This document shows, piece after piece, positions 38,421 through 64,000 of a stretch of 64,000 bases of DNA. The notes below the pieces were generated by a model, which was given only the letters and a program-made list of their open reading frames with translations, did no database searches and was not told where the DNA came from. Numbering within the stretch: the first letter of the stretch is position 1; the number at the start of each line of letters is the position of its first letter. Origin of the DNA: the human T2T-CHM13v2.0 reference genome, Homo sapiens; NCBI RefSeq assembly GCF_009914755.1, contig NC_060948.1; one strand, written 5' to 3'. The position numbers and the translations under genes are program-made.

Positions 38421-38712
38421 TTTTTTTTTAGACAGAATCTTGTCCTGTTGCACAGGGTGGGGTACAATGGCGCCATCTTTGCTCACTGCAACTTCTGCCT
38501 CACGGGTCCAAGCGATTGTCCTCCCTCGGCCTCCCAGGTAGCTGGGACTACACCACACTGGGACTACACCAGCTGCCACCATGCCTAGCTAATTTTTTGG
38601 ATTTTTAGTAGTGACAGCGTTTCACTGTATTGGCCAGGATGGTCTTGATCTCTTCACCTTGTGATCCCCTTGCCTTGGCCTCCAAATTTGCTGGGATTAC
38701 AGGCCTGAGCCA
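38421..38712 (-). mobile_element. Diverged Alu, unit 16
   Basis: copy of 2132-2423. Confidence 0.95.
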
Positions 38713-39282
38713 AGATCCATATTTTGTAAATGAAAAAAAATTTCAAAGGTACTCTGCTTGGTACAATAATCAAATGTATAAACTGAGGAATAAAACATAA
38801 CCATGAAACCTACTTATAACTGCATATGGAAAATACAGAGGATAATTTTTTAAATAACATATTTTGAAAGCCTTAACTAGTAATTTGAAGAGTTGGCATT
38901 TGAAAGGCCAGTATGAATATAACTTCAAAGCAGCAACACAGGTTCCCCATGAGAAAAAGCAAACACAGGGAAAATAAAAACACAAAGGTTCAATCTCTTC
39001 TGACCTTTGAAAGACACAGCACAGACAGTGGTCCTTAGGACGAAGAGCAGGAGACCCCTAATTCCGTCACCATGGCGATAGGGCATAAACATTGCTGGGT
39101 GAGGGCACAATCCACATTGTGAGGTCCAACTGCTGCCAGGAAGACAGGAGTGCTTTTACATAGACCGAAAGGTCATTGAAGGCTCAGAGTTTTGTTTCAA
39201 GAACTGAATCCCAAGCCCACACGTTATTAGGCTGCGCTTCTTAAAACAAGTTATGAGATGGGAAAAAGGGCACCCACAAACA
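38713..39282. repeat. HSATI subunit, unit 17
   Basis: copy of 4-573. Confidence 0.8.
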
Positions 39283-41132
<1,850 letters not shown>

Positions 41133-41702
41133 AGATCCATATTTTGTAAATGAAAAAAAATTTCAAAGGTACTCTGCTTGGTACAATAATCAAATGTATA
41201 AACTGAGGAATAAAACATAACCATGAAACCTACTTATAACTGCATATGGAAAATACAGAGGATAATTTTTTAAATAACATATTTTGAAAGCCTTAACTAG
41301 TAATTTGAAGAGTTGGCATTTGAAAGGCCAGTATGAATATACCTTCAAAGCAGCAACACAGGTTCCCCATGAGAAAAAGCAAACACAGGGAAAATAAAAA
41401 CACAAAGGTTCAATCTCTTCTGACCTTTGAAAGACACAGCACAGACAGTGGTCCTTAGGACGAAGAGCAGGAGACCCCTAATTCCGTCACCATGGCGATA
41501 GGGCATAAACATTGCTGGGTGAGGGCACAATCCACATTGTGAGGTCCAACTGCTGCCAGGAAGACAGGAGTGCTTTTACATAGACCGAAAGGTCATTGAA
41601 GGCTCAGAGTTTTGTTTCAAGAACTGAATCCCAAGCCCACACGTTATTAGGCTGCGCTTCTTAAAACAAGTTATGAGATGGGAAAAAGGGCACCCACGAA
41701 CA
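41133..41702. repeat. HSATI subunit, unit 18
   Basis: copy of 4-573. Confidence 0.8.
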
Positions 41703-43551
<1,849 letters not shown>

Positions 43552-44121
43552 AGATCCATATTTTTTAAATGAAAAAAAATTTCAAAGGTACTCTGCTTGG
43601 TACAATAATCAAATGTATAAACTGAGGAATAAAACATAACCATGAAACCTACTTATAACTGCATATGGAAAATACAGAGGATAATTTTTTAAATAACATA
43701 TTTTGAAAGCCTTAACTAGTAATTTGAAGAGCTGGCATTTGAAAGGCCAGTATGAATATACCTTCAAAGCAGCAACACAGGTTCCCCATGAGAAAAAGCA
43801 AACACAGGGAAAATAAAAACACAAAGGTTCAATCTCTTCTGACCTTTGAAAGACACAGCACAGACAGTGGTCCTTAGGACGAAGAGCAGGAGACCCCTAA
43901 TTCCGTCACCATGGCGATAGGGCATAAACATTGCTGGGTGAGGGCAAAATCCACATTGTGAGGTCCAACTGCTGCCAGGAGGACAGGAGTGCTTTTACAT
44001 AGACCGAAAGGTCATTGAAGGCTCAGAGTTTTGTTTCAAGAACTGAATCCCAAGCCCACACGTTATTAGGCTGCGCTTCTTAAAACAAGTTATGAGATGG
44101 GAAAAAGGGCACCCACAAACA
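43552..44121. repeat. HSATI subunit, unit 19
   Basis: copy of 4-573. Confidence 0.8.
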
Positions 44122-45962
<1,841 letters not shown>

Positions 45963-46532
45963 AGATCCATATTTTTTAAATGAAAAAAAATTTCAAACTT
46001 ACTCTGCTTGGTACAATAATCAAATGTATAAACTGAGGAATAAAACATAACCATGAAACCTACTTATAACTGCATATGGAAAATACAGAGGATAATTTTT
46101 TAAATAACATATTTTGAAAGCCTTAACTAGTAATTTGAAGAGTTGGCATTTGAAAGGCCAGTATGAATATACCTTCAAAGCAGCAACACAGGTTCCCCAT
46201 GAGAAAAAGCAAACACAGGGAAAATAAAAACACAAAGGTTCAATGTCTTCTGACCTTTGAAAGACACAGCACAGACAGTGGTCCTTAGGACGAAGAGCAG
46301 GAGACCCCTAATTCCGTCACCATGGCGATAGGGCATAAACATTGCTGGGTGAGGGCACAATCCACATTGTGAGGTCCAACTGCTGCCAGGAAGACAGGAG
46401 TGCTTTTACATAGACCGAAAGGTCATTGAAGGCTCAGAGTTTTGTTTCAAGAACTGAATCCCAAGCCCACACGTTATTAGGCTGCGCTTCTTAAAACAAG
46501 TTATGAGATGGGAAAAAGGGCACCCACAAACA
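45963..46532. repeat. HSATI subunit, unit 20
   Basis: copy of 4-573. Confidence 0.8.
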
Positions 46533-48380
<1,848 letters not shown>

Positions 48381-48950
48381 AGATCCATATTTTTTAAATG
48401 AAAAAAAATTTCAAAGGTACTCTGCTTGGTACAATAATCAAATGTATAAACTGAGGAATAAAACATAACCATGAAACCTACTTATAACTGCATATGGAAA
48501 ATACAGAGGATAATTTTTTAAATAACATATTTTGAAAGCCTTAACTAGTAATTTGAAGAGCTGGCATTTGAAATGCCAGTATGAATATACCTTCAAATCA
48601 GCAACACAGGTTCCCCATGAGAAAAAGCAAACACAGGGAAAATAAAAACACAAAGGTTCAATCTCTTCTGACCTTTGAAAGACACAGCACAGACAGTGGT
48701 CCTTAGGACGAAGAGCAGGAGACCCCTAATTCCGTCACCATGGCGATAGGGCATAAACATTGCTGGGTGAGGGCACAATCCACATTGTGAGGTCCAACTG
48801 CTGCCAGGAAGACAGGAGTGCTTTTACATAGACCGAAAGGTCATTGAAGGCTCAGAGTTTTGTTTCAAGAACTGAATCCCAAGCCCACACGTTATTAGGC
48901 TGCGCTTCTTAAAACAAGTTATGAGATGGGAAAAAGGGCACCCACAAACA
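48381..48950. repeat. HSATI subunit, unit 21
   Basis: copy; HaeIII site lost at 48574. Confidence 0.8.
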
Positions 48951-50800
<1,850 letters not shown>

Positions 50801-51370
50801 AGATCCATATTTTTTAAATGAAAAAAAATTTCAAACGTACTCTGCTTGGTACAATAATCAAATGTATAAACTGAGGAATAAAACATAACCATGAAACCTA
50901 CTTATAACTGCATATGGAAAATACAGAGGATAATTTTTTAAATAACATATTTTGAAAGCCTTAACTAGTAATTTGAAGAGTTGGCATTTGAAAGGCCAGT
51001 ATGAATATACCTTCAAAGCAGCAACACAGGTTCCCCATGAGAAAAAGCAAACACAGGGAAAATAAAAACACAAAGCTTCAATCTCTTCTGACCTTTGAGA
51101 GACACAGCAGAGACAGTGGTCCTTAGGACGAAGAGCAGGAGACCCCTAATTCCGTCACCATGGCGATAGGGCATAAACATTGCTGGGTGAGGGCACAATC
51201 CACATTGTGAGGTCCAACTGCTGCCAGGAAGACAGGAGTGCTTTTACATAGACCGAAAGGTCATTGAAGGCTCAGAGTTTTGTTTCAAGAACTGAATCCC
51301 AAGCCCACACGTTATTAGGCTGCGCTTCTTAAAACAAGTTATGAGATGGGAAAAAGGGCACCCACAAACA
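50801..51370. repeat. HSATI subunit, unit 22
   Basis: copy of 4-573. Confidence 0.8.
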
Positions 51371-53220
<1,850 letters not shown>

Positions 53221-53790
53221 AGATCCATATTTTTTAAATGAAAAAAAATTTCAAAGGTACTCTGCTTGGTACAATAATCAAATGTATAAACTGAGGAATA
53301 AAACATAACCATGAAACCTACTTATAACTGCATATGGAAAATACAGAGGATAATTTTTTAAATAACATATTTTGAAAGCCTTAACTAGTAATTTGAAGAG
53401 CTGGCATTTGAAAGGCCAGTATGAATATACCTTCAAAGCAGCAACACAGGTTCCCCATGAGAAAAAGCAAACACAGGGAAAATAAAAACACAAAGGTTCA
53501 ATCTCTTCTGACCTTTGAAAGACACAGCACAGACAGTGGTCCTTAGGACGAAGAGCAGGAGACCCCTAATTCCGTCACCATGGCGATAGGGCATAAACAT
53601 TGCTGGGTGAGGGCACAATCCACATTGTGAGGTCCAACTGCTGCCATGAAGACAGGAGTGCTTTTACATAGACCGAAAGGTCATTGAAGGCTCAGAGTTT
53701 TGTTTCAAGAACTGAATCCCAAGCCCACACGTTATTAGGCTGCGCTTCTTAAAACAAGTTATGAGATGGGAAAAAGGGCACCCACAAACA
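53221..53790. repeat. HSATI subunit, unit 23
   Basis: copy of 4-573. Confidence 0.8.
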
Positions 53791-55640
<1,850 letters not shown>

Positions 55641-56210
55641 AGATCCATATTTTTTAAATGAAAAAAAATTTCAAAGGTACTCTGCTTGGTACAATAATCA
55701 AATGTATAAACTGAGGAATAAAACATAACCATGAAACCTACTTATAACTGCATATGGAAAATACAGAGGATAATTTTTTAAATAACATATTTTGAAAGCC
55801 TTAACTAGTAATTTGAAGAGTTGGCATTTGAAAGGCCAGTATGAATATACCTTCAAAGCAGCAACACAGGTTCCCCATGAGAAAAAGCAAACACAGGGAA
55901 AATAAAAACACAAAGGTTCAATCTCTTCTGACCTTTGAAAGACACAGCACAGACAGTGGTCCTTAGGACGAAGAGCAGGAGACCCCTAATTCCGTCACCA
56001 TGGCGATAGGGCATAAACATTGCTGGGTGAGGGCACAATCCACATTGTGAGGTCCAACTGCTGCCAGGAAGACAGGAGTGCTTTTACATAGACCGAAAGG
56101 TCATTGAAGGCTCAGAGTTTTGTTTCAAGAACTGAATCCCAAGCCCACACGTTATTAGGCTGCGCTTCTTAAAACAAGTTATGAGATGGGAAAAAGGGCA
56201 CCCACAAACA
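55641..56210. repeat. HSATI subunit, unit 24
   Basis: copy of 4-573. Confidence 0.8.
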
Positions 56211-58060
<1,850 letters not shown>

Positions 58061-58630
58061 AGATCCATATTTTTTAAATGAAAAAAAATTTCAAAGGTAC
58101 TCTGCTTGGTACAATAATCAAATGTATAAACTGAGGAATAAAACATAACCATGAAACCTACTTATAACTGCATATGGAAAATACAGAGGATAATTTTTTA
58201 AATAACATATTTTGAAAGCCTTAACTAGTAATTTGAAGAGTTGGCATTTGAAAGGCCAGTATGAATGTACCTTCAAAGCAGCAACACAGGTTCCCCATGA
58301 GAAAAAGCAAACACAGGGAAAATAAAAACACAAAGGTTCAATCTCTTCTGACCTTTGAAAGACACAGCACAGACAGTGGTCCTTAGGACGAAGAGCAGGA
58401 GACCCCTAATTCCGTCACCATGGCGATAGGGCATAAACATTGCTGGGTGAGGGCACAATCCACATTGTGAGGTCCAACTGCTGCCAGGAAGACAGGAGTG
58501 CTTTTACACAGACCGAAAGGTCATTGAAGGCTCAGAGTTTTGTTTCAAGAACTGAATCCCAAGCCCACACGTTATTAGGCTGCGCTTCTTAAAACAAGTT
58601 ATGAGATGGGAAAAAGGGCACCCACAAACA
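58061..58630. repeat. HSATI subunit, unit 25
   Basis: copy of 4-573. Confidence 0.8.
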
Positions 58631-60480
<1,850 letters not shown>

Positions 60481-61050
60481 AGATCCATATTTTGTAAATG
60501 AAAAAAAATTTCAAAGGTACTCTGCTTGGTACAATAATCAAATGTATAAACTGAGGAATAAAACATAACCATGAAACCTACTTATAACTGCATATGGAAA
60601 ATACAGAGGATAATTTTTTAAATAACATATTTTGAAAGCCTTAACTAGTAATTTGAAGAGTTGGCATTTGAAAGGCCAGTATGAATATACCTTCAAAGCA
60701 GCAACACAGGTTCCCCATGAGAAAAAGCAAACACAGGGAAAATAAAAACACAAAGGTTCAATCTCTTCTGACCTTTGAAAGACACAGCACAGACAGTGGT
60801 CCTTAGGACGAAGAGCAGGAGACCCCTAATTCCGTCACCATGGCGATAGGGCATAAACATTGCTGGGTGAGGGCACAATCCACATTGTGAGGTCCAACTG
60901 CTGCCAGGAAGACAGGAGTGCTTTTACATAGACCGAAAGGTCATTGAAGGCTCAGAGTTTTGTTTCAAGAACTGAATCCCAAGCCCACACGTTATTAGGC
61001 TGCGCTTCTTAAAACAAGTTATGAGATGGGAAAAAGGGCACCCACAAACA
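60481..61050. repeat. HSATI subunit, unit 26
   Basis: copy of 4-573. Confidence 0.8.
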
Positions 61051-62606
61051 TACGTATACATTATGTATATAATAATATACAGTATCATATATATAATATA
61101 TATAACCTATGTATAATATTGTTTTACATCCTGCATCTTATGTTATATATATTGTATAAAATATAATAATTGATAATATATAAGTTTTATAATTATACAA
61201 TATGACATATAGTATATATTATAATTTATGACATATATAATATATGTTATATATCATATATAGAATATATTATACGGTTAATATACGTATTAAATATAAA
61301 TTATACATTATATATATTATATATAATATATCAGTTATATATAATACCCATTATGCATAATATATATATTATGTCTATGTTATATATAGTATAAAACAAC
61401 ATATAATAATATATAATTGTATATATAAAATGCGACATATAATATATATTATATTTTATGACATATGTAATATATATTATATATTATATATAATACGTTG
61501 TATGTATAATACCTATATTAAATATATATTATATGACTATGTTATTAATTACATGTCACATGTGTTATATATTATATATTTTACATAGAATATCCCGGTT
61601 ACATACAATATATACTATGTTACCTATAATGTATAATTTATTACATGTAAAATAAAGAATGCAATATATTATGTATAATTTATAATATACAATATGTGGA
61701 ATGTGATATATATAACATATAATATATGATATATGATATACAGTATATGATATATAACATACAATATGATTCCTAATATATACGGTATACAATATATATT
61801 TTATGATATGTATTCTATATGTTTTATATTCTGTTATATATAACTATTTGAAATTATATATAACTGTATAATATTTTATGTAAATATGTAATATAATATA
61901 TATAACTATATAATATATTATATATAACTATATATTATGTTATATATACTTTTATAACATAATTTACATAAAATATCATAATATAATATATATTATATTA
62001 TTTCATATTACATAATATATATTACATATCACCCAATATAACTAACATACATAATATTATAATATAGATTATATTGTGTTATATTAAATATCATATATAT
62101 CATGTATCATATATTCTATAATATATATTACACATTATATAATATGTATGTTGTCTATTAGGTGATATATATAACTATATATATAATTATATTTTTATAC
62201 ATATAACTAGATAAACATGTAATTCTACATATTTTCATTTATAATATGTAGAATTATATAATCATATATAATTATTTATATTCTATAAAAAATTTTATCA
62301 TTATATAAATTATAATATATAAAAATTATAATATGTACTACAAATATATAAATTATATATCATATATGATATAGTACCTTTGTTATATATCATAATACAT
62401 ATAAATGTGTATTATGATATCTATAATTATGTAATTTCATATATAAGATGTATAATATGTATCATATATTATATATGTTATGTAATATATATAGTATATA
62501 TAAGATGACACAGGATAAATATCATATACTATGACATATTAAATATATGAGGTTATATGTTACATATAAGGCATAGCACATAACATGTAATATATATCAT
62601 ATATAA
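61051..62606. repeat. AT-rich subunit, unit 26
   Basis: copy; -2 bp near 61765. Confidence 0.9.
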
Positions 62607-62898
62607 TTTTTTTTTAGACAGAATCTTGTCCTGTTGCACACGGTGGGGTACAATGGCGCCATCTTTGCTCACTGCAACTTCTGCCTCACGGGTCCAAGCG
62701 ATTGTCCTCCCTCAGCCTCCCAGGTAGCTGGGACTACACCACACTGGGACTACACCAGCTGCCACCATGCCTAGCTAATTTTTTGGATTTTTAGTAGTGA
62801 CAGCGTTTCACTGTATTGGCCAGGATGGTCTTGATCTCTTCACCTTGTGATCCCCTTGCCTTGGCCTCCAAATTTGCTGGGATTACAGGCCTGAGCCA
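62607..62898 (-). mobile_element. Diverged Alu, unit 26
   Basis: copy of 2132-2423. Confidence 0.95.
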
Positions 62899-63468
62899 AG
62901 ATCCATATTTTTTAAATGAAAAAAAATTTCAAAGGCACTCTGCTTGGTACAATAATCAAATGTATAAACTGAGGAATAAAACATAACCATGAAACCTACT
63001 TATAACTGCATATGGAAAATACAGAGGATAATTTTTTAAATAACATATTTTGAAAGCCTTAACTAGTAATTTGAAGAGTTGGCATTTGAAAGGCCAGTAT
63101 GAATATACCTTCAAAGCAGCAACACAGGTTCCCCATGAGAAAAAGCAAACACAGGGAAAATAAAAACACAAAGGTTCAATCTCTTCTGACCTTTGAAAGA
63201 CACAGCACAGACAGTGGTCCTTAGGACGAAGAGCAGGAGACCCCTAATTCCGTCACCATGGCGATAGGGCATAAACATTGCTGGGTGAGGGCACAATCCA
63301 CATTGTGAGGTCCAACTGCTGCCAGGAAGACAGGAGTGCTTTTACATAGACCGAAAGGTCATTGAAGGCTCAGAGTTTTGTTTCAAGAACTGAATCCCAA
63401 GCCCACACGTTATTAGGCTGCGCTTCTTAAAACAAGTTATGAGATGGGAAAAAGGGCACCCACAAACA
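62899..63468. repeat. HSATI subunit, unit 27
   Basis: copy of 4-573. Confidence 0.8.
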
Positions 63469-64000
63469 TACGTATACATTATGTATATAATAATATACAG
63501 TATCATATATATAATATATATAACCTATGTATAATATTGTTTTACATCCTGCATCTTATGTTATATATATTGTATAAAATATAATAATTGATAATATATA
63601 AGTTTTATAATTATACAATATGACATATAGTATATATTATAATTTATGACATATATAATATATGTTATATGTCATATATAGAATATATTATACGGTTAAT
63701 ATACGTATTAAATATAAATTATACATTATATATATTATATATAATATATCTGTTATATATAATACCCATTATGCATAATATATATATTATGTCTATGTTA
63801 TATATAGTATAAAACAACATATAATAATATATAATTGTATATATAAAATGCGACATATAATATATATTATATTTTATAACATATGTAATATATATTATAT
63901 ATTATATATAATACGTTGTATGTATAATACCTATATTAAATATATATTATATGACTATGTTATTAATTACATGTCACATGTGTTATATATTATATATTTT
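63469..64000. repeat. AT-rich subunit, unit 27 (cut by window end)
   Basis: partial copy of 574-2131. Confidence 0.9.

Noticed and set aside
61565-61792. 75 aa Y/I-rich ORF unique to unit 26
   Set aside because: Low-complexity translation of the TA tract, opened by local variants including a 2 bp deletion.

Overview
The whole 64 kb window is one uninterrupted head-to-tail tandem array of a ~2,420 bp unit: 26 complete units plus a partial 27th, all in the same orientation. Each unit has three parts: a ~570 bp moderately GC-rich segment (RepeatMasker 'HSATI'), a ~1,560 bp degenerate (TA)n-like AT-rich segment, and a ~290 bp highly diverged Alu on the minus strand. This is the known human DYZ2 / HSat1B satellite, most typical of Yq12 heterochromatin. 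HaeIII sites read from the sequence give a 2,146 bp fragment, matching the classical 2.1 kb DYZ2 band. There are no genes; all listed ORFs are chance ORFs copied with the repeat. I found no novel gene system. What is worth a second look is the array's history and DNA structure: one-unit and two-unit duplications, chimeric units, clustered mutations, a conserved 14 bp inverted repeat, and traces of the Alu insertion site and subfamily. All variant comparisons were made by eye and need confirming by alignment. Unit starts: 1, 2421, 4843, 7263, 9683, 12103, 14521, 16939, 19355, 21775, 24195, 26614, 29034, 31452, 33872, 36290, 38710, 41130, 43549, 45960, 48378, 50798, 53218, 55638, 58058, 60478, 62896.
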